A DNA stretch of 64,000 nucleotides from Lepidodermella squamata. Its lineage: Eukaryota; Animalia; Gastrotricha. The position numbers were made by a program, and so were the translations under genes. The stretch's first letter is position 1. The number at the start of each line of letters is the position of its first letter. Shown here in pieces: positions 12,193 through 25,181 of this stretch. The stretch is from the NCBI GenBank assembly GCA_047495785.1, contig JBLDXI010000019.1, forward strand, positions 3,038,001-3,102,000. Reading direction: 5' to 3'. Below the pieces are notes generated by a model. It saw nothing but the letters and a program-made list of their open reading frames with translations. It had not been told where the DNA came from and ran no database searches.

Positions 12193-12540
12193 TTATTGCG
12201 TATGCATAGCTCTACGAGCTAAAATCTGCGGCATAAAATAGAACCCTATTTTTCCCTCGCAGATTCTACGAGATTTCCAAATAAATTGACACAGTTCGAG
12301 CAATTTCTTGCGTCGGTGAAATCGAATAGATGAAGCCAGTTGACTGAGTTGGTCGTAACTTTTACTTTCGAACAGTGTTGCTATATGATTTTCTGCAACA
12401 AAAAACAGGTATGTCATTCCGATGTTGACTGAAATCTTACGAATATCAGCCACAGTTTCCAGTCTGCGATCCATGGGAAGGCATGAAACAGGCCAGTTCC
12501 AAAGGACTAAGCTTGACAAGATGCAACCGATGATTTTCAT
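12193..12540 (-). CDS. Small secreted C-x9-C family protein H, exons 12540-12441, 12392-12193
   Basis: MKIIGCILSSLVLWNWPVSC signal; 48-nt intron GTAAGA..TTGCAG; CQFIWKSRRICEGKIGFYFMPQILARRAMHTQ. Confidence 0.85.
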   Translation of the reverse strand: MKIIGCILSSLVLWNWPVSCLPMDRRLETVADIRKISVNIGMTYLFFVAENHIATLFESKSYDQLSQLASSIRFHRRKKLLELCQFIWKSRRICEGKIGFYFMPQILARRAMHTQ

Positions 12541-14192
12541 GTCGTTGAGCTTAGAATTGAACTACCTCTCATGTGCTAGCTGTCTGACTAAGCTAATAAT
12601 GATCAATCTAGGTATTGCGGGGTCATTGCGTGGCGCGGAGTCTGGACCTACCTCCGCCCAGCAGCTATCAGCTATATAGACATTTCGCTTGTGAAAACAA
12701 ACATATTTGTTGTCAAGAATTGATGTAAAATTGCGCTACTCATTGTAGGCGTGGTCATTGTTTTCATTATATTTTATTAATGATAGACGTTGGTCTTCGA
12801 ACACATTGTAGGTGAGCACAACTGCTAAGCGGAATCGGAAAATTCTAGTAGAGAGTGTGATTCATTTTTCCACTACTTTATCACTTCAAATTTTCCTGCG
12901 CCATTTCCAAACACACACGTGATCACGAGCGCACAATTAAGCAAAAATCACCCATGGGTGAAATGAAATGTTGTGAACAACGTCCCACATTTTGAATAAC
13001 GTACAAATGAAAACAGTTACGTATGACAATGTCCCGGAGTATCGTTTTGGACGCGAATCAAGTTTTTGCTTCACATCTTTCACCATGTCCACGCATAATG
13101 GAATTAGGGCTCGAATCGAATGTTAGCTTAGTGGTAAAAGTTAGTTGGTCAAATCCATGCCACTTTGTACGCTGTCAAACAAAAAAGATAAATGGGCGAC
13201 AACAGCGGGACATCGTACTTTTGAAAAATTTTGTCCATTCGATCCACGAGGGACGCGTCATGTTCAAAAACGGTGCTGCGACACGCAATTAGGTATGTCA
13301 AACTAATCAGGACTCTGGTAGACGATGATTTGTTGGCCAATGTCATTACTCCCACATATTGAATACACCACGAGCAAAAGGCCTATAATTGATCGAGAGA
13401 TATCGAGGCGCGGGGAATGTAATAGGCTGGTAACGAATTTTATGAATTTGAAGAAATAGATATTGGAGGGCGGTCTCTGAATGTTTGATGTCCGGTCGTG
13501 ATACCCCCTACTCGAGAACATTGTATTATGAGAGATTTCAGGCAAGCAGTGGTTAATGAATCGCATCAGGATATAAGGTGTCAGATTTACAAGCACACGC
13601 CAGTAGTCCATTAATGAATTTGTCCAGTTTTCTGGTTTCGAGTTGTCAAACAAAAGTCTCCCATTAACGTCAGAATATATTCAACTACAGACAATAGTAA
13701 TCAAATCTAGCATATTTATATAGAGGAATCAATCACCGCTGGATGCCTAAACGTCTATGAATATCGGTTTGTCGCTACTATACGTTGTTAAAGATGTCAC
13801 GCGACATCTAGCCAGGTTTGATGCGTTGTCAATAATTCAACACGGCCAAGTAATTAACAGCGTTATTTATACCTCATTTATCCCTTTGAAAGCTCCACAT
13901 TCAAAGCTATGCTCTATATTCTGACATCTGCGGCGCAAGATTTGATTGTGTGACCGTGTCTAATTTTCAGAATTTTCAAAACATTTATGCTTAGCGAGTG
14001 ATGCTTGATGTCACACGAATGGAGAACCGCTAATATGTTTGGCTAATCTCAATTACGGCTCTGCGGATCGTCACCGATCACGGCTAATGAGTGGTGGCAA
14101 TTTAAAGCTGATATCATTACGATCGAGCCAGAACGCAAAATCACTTTTGCCTTCGATAACTTGTACAGCTAATATTTCTGAATATTTTGGAA

Positions 14193-14573
14193 ATGCATAC
14201 AATTTTCACAATCGTGCTCGTGATCGCCATTATTTCAGCTCTGAATGCAAAGGGAATGCCAATGGAAAGAGTAAATATATTCACGAAATCACAGCTCAAA
14301 GATTTCAGTAAGTTCGACTCCCAGCTTTATTCCAAATAATTTACTGACAATTGAATTCCCCTTTAACCAGGAAACAATCTTGCTATCCTCAGTAAAGGCA
14401 GCGATGGAAGAGCTGTTCTGCTTTCACTTCTTTTTGCTTATAAACGTCGCGAGAAGCAGTTTCGCTGGGAAAAGTGTATCGAAAGACTGGGATCACGAGC
14501 AGTTTGCAATAACACCATTGCCTTTTACATTTGGGCGCAGATGCTTGCGAAAGAGATTATGGCTGGGAACTGA
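14193..14573 (+). CDS. Small secreted C-x9-C family protein I (not in ORF track), exons 14193-14307, 14371-14573
   Basis: MHTIFTIVLVIAIISALNAKGMP; intron GTAAGT..AACCAG; CIERLGSRAVCNNTIAFYIWAQMLAKEIMAGN*. Confidence 0.88.
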
Positions 14574-15975
14574 ACTAATTCGAGCGAATTCGAGTTCCAA
14601 GTCCTAGACTAGACTGGAAAATATAGCACACTGTGTCTTTCTACACCATATCACATCATGCGACAGAATAAAAAATATTGTTATTCAAAATACCTATTTT
14701 ACGCATTTTTCCCGTTGAAACACAATCGGCTAGATCTTAATAAGTATTCATAGTGACGCCGAAGTTGAACGCTCAAGATGAAATCCAACAGTGCAGCCTG
14801 CAGGAATAGTTCTTACACGCTGAATTTTGGGTTTTCGACAAGGCTTTGGTGAATGAGGACAATAGGCGAAAATGAGCAAGTTTTACCGCAAGAACGACAA
14901 GTTTTTATTTTAGATTTATCTCGAGACTCAATTTCGGCGTCACTGTGGCCTTCTTTATTCCATTGCGCATTTTAGGTATATCCGCTTCTGAGTCGAAAAC
15001 GTTTAACAAGTCTTAAACAGGAGCCAACGTTGCCAACGGTGCTACCGCGGGAAACGAGGATATCGTACCGCCCAGTTTGCAAAGCCAAGGTTGAAAATCC
15101 CAAAAAGACCATAGGGGAACATTTGGTCATAGAATATGGTCCAGAAAATAACCCCTAGTTGGAGGATTGTATTCGATAGCAGGCAACAGGGACAAGACAT
15201 TTTTGCCAAAGCAGATGCTAATGAATAAAGTTTGCTCCCCATCCATCACATACCTTCATTCTGCACATATTTCACAGACATTCGTTCTCCCCAGACACAT
15301 GTCCGTAAATTACGGGGAGAAAACTTTAATCATTAGTTCTAGCATTATTTTGGCGACTCCGACTTCAAAACTGGCTCATTTCAGGCTTTTAGAACAAACG
15401 AAGTCTCCAATCTTGTGGTCAGTCGGGAGCAGATGTCCTATGAGTATTTGCGGTTAAAAAGCTCTTCACTGGTGAGAGAAAGACATGATACCTTCTACGC
15501 CTGCCTGTGTACAGCCTTTGTTGTGGTGTCTGGTCCACTTTTACAGAAGCTGACCAAGCTGAGCAAAAAACCCGTTCAACCGTCAGTTACGCTTCGTGTT
15601 CAATTCGTCCCGGTAATCAACATCGTTTTTCATTTTTTTCTATACCATACCGTCTGATATTAAACGAATCAATGATTGTAATAAATAAGCAATACTTGGC
15701 GGGGTAATAAAATGAGATCACATTTTATAATCCGCCAACCCATCAGTCAACTTGTTTTACGTTGACAAATTTACGGCAGACATAGAATCAGTTTGTTCCA
15801 GCATTTAATGCGATTATATAAATTGGACCAGTTGAAGGTCTACGCTCATGCCACGTATGCGTATGGGATGTTCAATGATGAAAGGAATTTGAACTACCTA
15901 TTTAAGGCCTGCGGGTGAAGGAAGGGAAGGCATATCGGGATTGCAGTGGTACATTTTTATTGTGAATTACTCAAG

Positions 15976-16349
15976 ATGATGCATTCCGTTGTTATTGTTG
16001 CGACCCTATTGTACACCAGTCATGCAGCTCCCCTTCCAGTCGGGGGAAACGAGCAGAACGCTACTGGGCTAATGGAGAAATTAGGTATATTAGTTGATAG
16101 CTTACGGCTTACGTCGCTAAAACTGGTAAATGAAATTTTTCACCAACAGAATATCGCGTGAAAATGCTGGTTCAGCAGAAAGACTTGAAAGCTTTAGCAG
16201 TCTTGGTGCGAGATGCTCGCGAACGTCAGCAGCAACTCCGCATGGCTAAATGTCTTGCCGAGCTTCATTTTTCAGCGATTTGCAACCAATCGGTCGGCTT
16301 CTACCTTTGGGCCCAAATTCGAGCGAGGGACATTCTCTACGGCAACTAG
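15976..16349 (+). CDS. Small secreted C-x9-C family protein J, exons 15976-16084, 16150-16349
   Basis: MMHSVVIVATLLYTSHAAPLPVG; intron GTATAT..CAACAG; CLAELHFSAICNQSVGFYLWAQIRARDILYGN*. Confidence 0.88.
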
Positions 16350-17156
16350 ACGCTTTTCCTCCGGGAAGTTAAAAATTTGATGTTGTGTCGAGTGTCATCC
16401 AAGAATAATGTCTCAAAAGGGTCACAATTGCTTACAGAAAAGAAGGAATATCCAAGTAGAATAAATTGGTACTTGATATTATTTGATCATAATAATTTCC
16501 CGATTTGCAGCAATGTATGATTCGCAAATCAGCTTGGAACTGTTCCCGGGTAAATGATTACAGAATGACTTCCATTAATATGCGTAATCAACAATCACTA
16601 ATCTGCTTTACCCTGATAGAGGCTGTTCTTCATTTCGTTCTTCGGCCAAAAATGATGCCGCCTTCACTTGATGGGCCAAATTTGCGACGACATGGCATGT
16701 CCGTATACCATGTTAAAAAGCTACAGGGAAAAAAGTATAACACCTCCGGAAAAAATGCATTGAAATGGACCCGAACGCCCCTTCATTTGGTGTTAATGAA
16801 ACTTAATCATGTTGTATGAGCTGGAATGAAGTGATCCAAATTGGTCAGATTTTCACTAATTTGCTTTTAATTCAATCAGCCAAAGGCCTTTCGATCTGAA
16901 ATAGGAGTCGAGTGGCAGGGTAACAGAAGCTGAGTATTATGCTGCCCATAACAGACTTAGCTGTAAATTTTGAAATAAAACGGAAACATGTTCATCAACT
17001 GCCGTCTACTCAGTTGGCTGATGTATACTTGTATGCCGGCTAATTCCTATTATCTTGATGATTCTTTTTCTCGATCCTAATTTTAGCATTCGCTTTCAAT
17101 CGCTTTCGAATCACTTTCAAATAAAAACGTTGGATCTCTGTCGTTTTGTCGTAATA

Positions 17157-17654
17157 CAGTAGTTTTGCGTTAAGCCGGACTCCGCGCCAGAAGATTTAGT
17201 CCGGCTTAATGAAAGTCCGCTTTATTGTAAGCCGGGCTGGTCCGGTTTATAAAAAAAAAGTGCATTTCTTTACAAATTATCCAAGAATATAAGCGCCTAT
17301 TAAGTAATGAGCTATTTAGGTGTGTAAAAAGTTCGATTATCGCGATGGAATTAAGGTTTTGCCATATCGACAAATTATTTTTCAATGCTGCGATCATTTT
17401 TGCTATCAAAGCCACTCAAAAACAGCGTAAAGAGGGTGTTTCTGCGCTCTAGATGAAAATTATCCTGTAAGCCGGACTTTTTTGAGTTAAATTCACTAAA
17501 AATCAGTCCGTTATAACGCAAGTCCGACTTGTGATAGTCCGGCTTATTGCAACCATTTGCATGTAAGACGCTAGTCCGCCGCACGAGCCAAGCAAAATGG
17601 TCCGGCTAAGCGCAAGTCCGGCTTATGATCGTCCGGCTTAACGCAAAACTACTG
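17157..17654. mobile_element. Tc1/mariner-type MITE
   Basis: 24-bp TIR CAGTAGTTTTGCGTTAAGCCGGAC, TA on both sides, internal TAAGCCGGAC/GTCCGGCTTA repeats. Confidence 0.85.
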
Positions 17655-17865
17655 TATATGTAAAAGACACAGCTTCACAGCAGTTCAAAATCGTCCATTT
17701 GGTGTTTTTAATTATTGATTTCTACTCCTCTGGTCGACATCGGAATGAGTGGCAATTCCACCCTGCTAACAACAAGGGAAGGTTGCCTCAAGAGGTTGCC
17801 CCTTACACCTTTCATGCTTGCATGCTCGAAAACTTGTTCAGCCCCGCAACATCATGATACAGTCA

Positions 17866-18900
17866 TTAATTATTTATTTATTTATTTTATTTATGAGCAT
17901 TAATATCCAAGGGATGTAGGACAGCTCAGCTGAAAAAGAAGCATGATTAGTACAATTAGATTCGACGTGAAGAGGTCATTATGTAGATATCAACAAAGAA
18001 AGTTAGGAAATTAGGAAAAAGACAATGACATGCATACCAGTATAAAAATATCGTATTTAGACTCAACAAGGAATTAGAAATTAATCATCAGTAACGGTAT
18101 TTACAATTTCACCGCTTGCCTCGATGACGTCACAACCTTCCTCAGTGTTTGCAGTAGGTTCAAACAGTAAATAATGATAAGTTAGGTTCCGGCATTGATC
18201 CGCGCTGGTAGCTAAGCGAATTTCGTTCGGCAAGCCATTCCAGAACGTGGCGCCACGGTATCGAAGGCATCGCATCGAAGTATCGGTCTTCACGCGAGGG
18301 ACAACCAGCAGGTTGTTCGATGCATTTATGTTGACTTGCCTCCTTGTGACCCCAGCGGTTTTCTCTTGCAGTTTGAAGAACTCGGCTAAGGCAGCCGGTG
18401 CTTCGCCATTGATGCAGCGCCATATCATGGTTGCCAGATGAACTTTCCTTTTACCATCAAGGTCTAGCCATTTTAGCTTTTTCCTCAGGGATTCGATGTC
18501 ATCGTTTTCATTCGCATGACAAATTATGCGAATGGCTTTGTCCTGTCGTCGTTGAAGGCGCTCTAAGTTAGTTTTTGCCGCTTGGGCTAGGACGCTGTCA
18601 CAGTACATTAGGTGACAGAAGATGACACCATTAGCCATCAATTTGAGGGTTTTTCGATCAAGGAATTTAGCCGCAAATTTTAGAGCAAAGAGACCACCCC
18701 TGGTTTTGTTACCCACATGTTTGAGCTGTTCAGTGTGCAATAGTTTGTTGTCAATAATATAGCCCAGGACTTTGAGCGATGTGGTGATTTCAACTCTCGT
18801 ATTTTCGATTTTGATGGAGATTTCTGGGGGAGGTGCATCGGGATCAGTGGCTATGATTATCATCTGCGACTTTTTTCCATTGACTAGTAAGCTATTTGCT
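17866..18900 (-). mobile_element. 5'-truncated non-LTR retrotransposon (LINE) 3' end
   Basis: ORF 18081-18863 has RT thumb/C-terminal motifs (LKVLGYIID, HLMYCDSV, LQRRQDKAIRII, LKWLDL, FWNGLP); (TAAA)n-like tail at ~17866-17894. Confidence 0.85.
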
Positions 18901-19346
18901 ATTAATTGTCAGTGTTTTTATGACTAATTTCTCTTTAGGGGCGAATCGCACATTTATATCAAGTACAGCTCCAAATCACTGTCAATAATTGATGGCTGAT
19001 GTAATTTAATAATCTATCTGATTGCCAGTAATTGAATTCCCCACATGTGCGGGAGCGCGTTGAGCTGCTTTCATGTCCTAACAAAATATAAATAGGCAAT
19101 GTCCATAATGAATCATCTCTAGTTGTTCCATTTTTAAGAAACAAATCGCGGCTTCGATAATTAAAAAAACCCATCGGAATATCTGCGTCCCATCGTAAAT
19201 TCGATGCCCAATTTCCGAAGATGGGAAAAATGAAGAAGTTTTATGCTGAACCGTAAACTGGACCAAGCTTCGATTATCGTTAGGAACTCGGAAGAGCGTG
19301 AAAAGTGTTGCCACAAAAGGTTTCTTCCTGAAAGTGATTTCTTATA

Positions 19347-19499
19347 CAGGGTGGTTAAAAAATTCCGCAGAAGGCAAATTCGATGCGCATCAATTTCATG
19401 AGGAGCTTCAAGAATTTCAAGCATTATTTCGCCAACGCAACTCCTCATCAAAATGATGCGCATCGAATTCGCCTTCTGCAGAATATGTTGGCCATCCTG
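19347..19499. mobile_element. Small hairpin MITE (Tc1/mariner-like ends)
   Basis: TA-CAGGGTGG...CCATCCTG-TA with ~60-bp imperfect inverted arms. Confidence 0.7.
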
Positions 19500-20719
19500 T
19501 ATGAGACAGGCATGTAAAATTAGGCCCTCACAACTTCTGTTGCGTCGCAAATTAGGTGCGAGGGGCGACTACGCTACGTAATTTGAAATTACGTTTAATG
19601 GTCGATCGTACCTTCCATAATAATCTATACATAGTAAAGTGGTTGTTTTGGCATTTCAAACATCATTTTTCAAAAATATTGTCCAGCTTGCGTAAGGGCC
19701 CTTCTCCAGAGCGCGAAGTAGAGGGGTGTGTTCCTGTACGCCAGTGTGAGAAACCCTCAAAAACCCTCAAAAGCAGCGAGGAAAGTAGCACGAGGGACGC
19801 CAGGGACGATGAGGGTAGTACCAGGGACGCGTACTTGGTAGGTTTGAGGGTCGGGGCGTCCTCGCCAGGGACGCTGAAGTCCCCGGTAGGTTGGCTGGTG
19901 AGCGTAGTTGTATCGCAAAATGAGTGTAGCAAAGGCTATTTTCAGCCTTATTTACGGCAAAATATGCTTAGCTTTGCTCGCTTCGCTCGCGATAATCATA
20001 GCGCATGCTAATTTGAAATTTGCGCTCGACTTTCAGAGCAGAACAGAAGTATTAATTTAAGTAACTTCATTCGTAACCAACTTGGAAAAATAAATTGTAT
20101 TCATCACAAGTTGATAAGTTTCAATTCCGTTATAGGTGAATTAAGGTCAATTTTGTTTTTTTATTTTTGAAATTGTACGAGTTTTTGACATTTTCAGGCC
20201 ATTCTTGCTGTAAAATCTCTAAAAATTGCTCGCTTCGCTCTCATAACACAGTTCCAAAGTAACATTCGAAGTTCCCAATGGAAATTTCAGGCTAATCAGG
20301 GGCGAAAAACGGAATTCGCAGACTAGAGTTCTCGATACTAAGTTATTAGAAATAACCTAGGTGTTCGCGAGCGAGCATAGCGAGCGAGCGGCAAATTATT
20401 TTACAGATAAACTGCGTCCCTGGCAGGTTGGCCGGCCTACTTTCCTCGCTGCTCAAAAGGCCCTGAGCAGCAAGTGCACGTTTTTTGCGAAATACTGCGA
20501 AGTTCCAGTGGGAATTGCAGGAAACTGCCCAAAAACGCCGTTTACTGTCATTTTTCACATTTTTTCAAAACTTACTGCAGTTTTTAAAAAAAACTGGAAG
20601 TTAAAGCAGGAATCCGCAGTCATTTCGCGAAATTGAATAAATTAAATCAATTGAATCAATTCGCGTGAAGTTTTTTCATGAAACTTGAGAAATTCGCGGC
20701 ATTTTATTTGCGACCCGAA

Positions 20720-21606
20720 CACTCTATCGGCCGAAGGTTTTCGCGTGTACCTTTCCTGTAGCGCCGGGGTTTTTTCGATGTACCTACCAAAAAATTCGAC
20801 CCCCAGATTATTATATTTTCTTGAAGGTCACGGAAATCTAAGATCATTGGTCGATGTCCCGGATTTTTCCGGCTCATCCTTATTACGTAATAACAAAAAA
20901 CACTTACTCATATTTGAGTATACGGCGCCATCGTGCAAACTGCTTACTCACCTATGAGTATACGGCGTTTTCCAGCAAATCTCGTTTACTCACCTATGAG
21001 TATACGGCATCAGGTCTTACTCAGGTTTACTCTCATATGAGTATACGGCCTTAAAGCTCAAAGTTGCTATACTCACCTATGAGTATTTAGCGCTAGCTTG
21101 GAAACATTGCAAGACCAAATTATGCAGCTATCATGTGGTTTTAGGGTTTGGTTGTTGAAAAGACACTACCAGCGATTTTTTGGAATTTTTTTCTTGGATA
21201 GCGTGCCTTCTAAAAATGAGCTGTTTCGAACGAAAAATACTTTGAAACATGGCGCATCTCATGTAGGTAAAATGAAAAAATTAGCTAATTCTGAAATTCG
21301 ATAATCTATCTATAATCGATAATCGATAATCGATAATCAGTGATTTCTTATTCAAGGAATGAGTATAGGGTGATTTTGACTTCAGATTTGACATCTACGG
21401 GTGTGACTTGTGTCTTGGGGTGCATCATGGGTATTTTCAGATGCACAGGTCTCACGTAAAAAAATCGCAAAAAAGCAACACTTCTATGTACTCATATATG
21501 AGTATACGGCGAATTTCTGCAAATTGGAGGCTACTCAAATGTGAGTATATAGCGAATTTCTGCAAATCCGAGAATACTCACATATGAGTATTTGGACGAT
21601 AGAGTG
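20720..21606. mobile_element. Non-autonomous TIR element with palindromic subterminal repeats
   Basis: Ends CACTCTATCG / CGATAGAGTG (right end followed by TTAA); about 8 copies of TACTCA-N3-4-TGAGTATACGGC at 20905-21090 and 21490-21590. Confidence 0.65.
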
Positions 21607-22139
21607 TTAACTTCCATGTGAAATATTTCTTCGTCGCGCAGTTAAAAAACTTTCGATGATTTTTATTTATTTTCACTGCGAAGTGAGAAGTATAGTGAAC
21701 GAAAGTGAACGAAATTGGATGTCTCGACGTTTAGTTTTCATTGCGGAAAATTCCCTGGTTCAAAAAACTGCCTTCTACTTTTCGGGATCAAACTGTTTTT
21801 ATTTATCATAAAATGTCTCGTTTTCCCCCGATTTTTCCTAATTTTTCCTAATTATTTACCTGAATCCTGAAAATAACCGAATTTTTATCGTTTTCAGCAT
21901 GAACCATCAAGAATATAAGAATGCCAGCAAAATTCGATAATTCAGATATTTCGTAAAAGCCAAATTTTTAATGACTGAAAATTGTCGTTCTAAATAAAAG
22001 CTGAAATAGGGCAAAATCATTGTTATTAAGGCGCTCGATTGTTGTGCACACAAGCCTCAGGGTGTTGCGTAATCACGCCATGCTTCAAAAATGTGGCTTT
22101 TTGCTTCATTCCAATCATCTTATTTTAGTTTTAAATTTC

Positions 22140-23196
22140 CATAGAGATGATAGAGTGCTCACTCCCCACCAAAACCATACAACGCTATGGGGGCCATATG
22201 GCAGTGGATTAACTCATTGTCCTGGAGTACAAAACTGAACTAATTACAAATCGATCGGTCACATAAATCGCTGGCGCCAGCGCTTCGATTATCGGTGGCA
22301 GGGTCGGGGTTTGGGTCATCGCTAAACTGAGAGACGGCCGATTTTTTTATACTAAATTTATTCAGGTAGGATTTTTAGAAGTGGACGATAGGCGACCGTA
22401 AAGTCAACGTCCCTTTTCGACCTTTTACCTTTGAAGCGGTCCACACCTGGATCTAAGGTGAAATTGAACGACCTTTTGAAGCCAAGTTATTCATCAGGTG
22501 GGGGCGATTATTTTGACACCTGATTTAGATCTGGAACCCCCATATTTTGATCGGTGGAAATTTTCGAATTTAAATCACTCTTAAAAAGAACTTTTTGACT
22601 GTTTTCAGCAGTTTTTCACTGCGTAAACACTGTTGCGTAATTATCAAAAAAGAGTTTTTTTGCGCAAAGCTTATTTTTGAACATCCAATTTTGATGACTC
22701 ATGGTCGTTCGCTCGCACAAATTTACGATTTTTGGCTTAAAGAATTGCTTTTTAAGGGTGAATCCATTTTGAAAATTTGCAACGGTCAAAATATGGGGGT
22801 TCCAGATCTAAATCAGGTGTCAAAATGATCGCCCCCACCTGATGAATAACTTGGCTTCAAAAGGTCGTTCAATTTCACCTTAGATCCAGGTGTGGACTGC
22901 TTCAAAGGTAAATTGTCGAGAAAAGACGTCGACTTCTCGGTCGCCTATCGAGCACTTCTAAAAATCCTACCTGGATAAATTTGGTATCGAAAAATCGGCC
23001 GTCGCTCAGTTTAGCGATGACCCAAAGCCCGACCTGCTAACCGATAATCGAAGCGCTGGCGCCAGCGATTTATGTGACCGATCGATTTGTAATTAGTTCA
23101 GTTTTGTACTCCAGGACAATGAGTTAATCCACTGCCATATGGCCCCCATAGCGTTGTATGGTTTTGGTGGGGAGTGAGCACTCTATCATCTCTATG
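22140..23196. mobile_element. 1.06-kb foldback element with 8-bp TSD (hAT-type)
   Basis: Inverted arms of ~460 bp starting CATAGAGATGATAGAGTGC; perfect TSD TAAATTTC at 22132-22139 and 23197-23204. Confidence 0.88.
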
Positions 23197-24208
23197 TAAA
23201 TTTCAAAACATCATTTCCTATGTCCTATTTAGGAAGAATTTTTCGTCCGGCCTCAATTTCGCATTTTGAGCTTCATCAATCCCCGCCGCCTTGCTACCAG
23301 GTGTGTCGACCATGCAATTTGAACAAGTCAGATAATTATCGAATTTTCAAGGTAATTTTGATATTAATTCGATTTTCTTTAATTTACCCGCAATTTTCAA
23401 AGGTTTGTCCCGCGAATCGATTTAGCTGTCGAACGTCGAACCAGTCTTAACGAGCCGGTCAACAATTCGTAACGGTAATATCGATGAACAATTAACAAGG
23501 TATTTTCGTGTTTAATTAATTTCAATTATTAATTTCAATCAATTTCTATAGTTTCGTCCGACCTGCTCCAGTGGCGGTTTCTGCATCAGTCTCAGCCGTT
23601 GTTCGATCATGGCGTCTCGTGAAACACTTAACCTGACAATTTTTCAATTTTTTTTTCATTGATCAGTTTTGATGAATAAAATGATACTTGCATCGACGGA
23701 AGGGTAAAACTGTCTTTTTTAAAGCAGAGAGTGGAAGCCGCATTGTTAATAGTGAATGTGAAGAACAAATGGCCCCAAGTGAAAGTTCTATTAGCGATGA
23801 GCAAGTGACAGCGCAGTAGAAACCATCTCTCACCAGAAAATCTCTCACCGCGGGAAACCACTCGGAAAAACTGTCCAGCTCGGCAAAAAACTAGACTTTC
23901 AACAGAATACTGCCCACAGACAAACTCTCGCTAATTTGCATATTTAGTTTTTTTGATTGAGGCAGTTAAAAGGCCCGAAATTGTCGCTCAGGGGGGTCGT
24001 AAAATGTAGCCCTGAAATACCCCTGGATCGAGGATCCACGGATCTCGAGAAAGCCACGGTTGTAAGTTCGAATACTATAGGATGTGACTTTTTTTTATCA
24101 AAAAAGTCTTTAGCAAAAAACCTAAAATATCCGAAAACAATTCTCGCTGGAATCTAGATTTCACTGAATTTTAGTGAATGAGGGAATTTCAGCAAGGACT
24201 CGGTGACG

Positions 24209-24671
24209 TATATATATGTCGTATCGTATAAGGCAATCCCTCCAATGGCCCATAGAGATATCTCAATGAGCAATCCGAAAATTGCTTTTTGCCTGTTGTT
24301 TTCATCAGCCTTCAGGTTTTTGAATTATAATCTATCACATATTAAAGAGCCCGAATAGCCCCATCGATTGGACTGCTAATTGATTAATAAAGAGTTTAAA
24401 TGGAAGCCAGAAGGCCAGAAGACAGTTACTGTGAAAATACGCTGGCTTTTTAAAAACTCGTCATAAATCACGCAGATACGGAACAAAGTATTAGGGAAAG
24501 TGGGTTCTGCTGGATAGGCGAAGGGCTATTCTGTAATCTTGCTTGGTTTCCAAATTTAAGAAACCGATTAAAATAACTGAAAATGACGTTGGGAACAATT
24601 CGGATTGCTCATTGAGATATCTCAATCGGCTATTGGAAGAAATTGCCTTATAAGATACGCGGCATATATAT
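24209..24671. mobile_element. MITE with ~70-bp imperfect TIRs in (TA)n
   Basis: GAGATATCTCAATGAGCAATCCGAA at ~24255 is inverted at ~24600; TA runs at both ends. Confidence 0.65.
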
Positions 24672-25181
24672 CAAGCAATTCTTAACTCATTATTATTCGG
24701 CAGAGGGTTGATTTTGGAATACTATTGAGCTTGAGTGGTACAGCCAATTTAGACAACGACTCATAGCTGCCCTCTGCCCTAAACTTCATGTCCCCAGTGG
24801 ATAGCGCGGGGCTCTGCATCGGTTGCTCCAATTTTATCGGACCAAGGGATCGCAATTTCGATTTTGCATGCTTTTCCACTCGGATAGCCACTGTGGTTCC
24901 GGGAAATTAGTGTCGAGAACAGCGAAGCAATCAAAATATTCCACCTACATCAAATAAAGCTGAGCTTTTTCATGTTAGCTCATCGCATAACCGGACTATA
25001 ATTGGAACATTATAAAGCTTCATACCCGGTCAATTACTTTGTTACTCTTCATTAATAACAGACAGTATTTATGTCAGAAACGATTTGTATGAAATTCCAT
25101 AGGCGGTCAAGTATATAAGTAATGTAAATATTAATATTTGACCAGGAGCTGCTCTTGAACATTTCTTTGTTATTTTAAGTT

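Noticed and set aside
13020-13653. Hydrophobic minus-strand ORF pieces, possibly a decayed multi-TM/GPCR gene
   Set aside because: Multiple stops and frameshifts, no diagnostic motif I can confirm
20905-21590. Palindromic repeats with short spacers resembling a CRISPR array
   Set aside because: Spacers short and irregular, no cas genes, eukaryotic context; they are subterminal repeats of a TIR element
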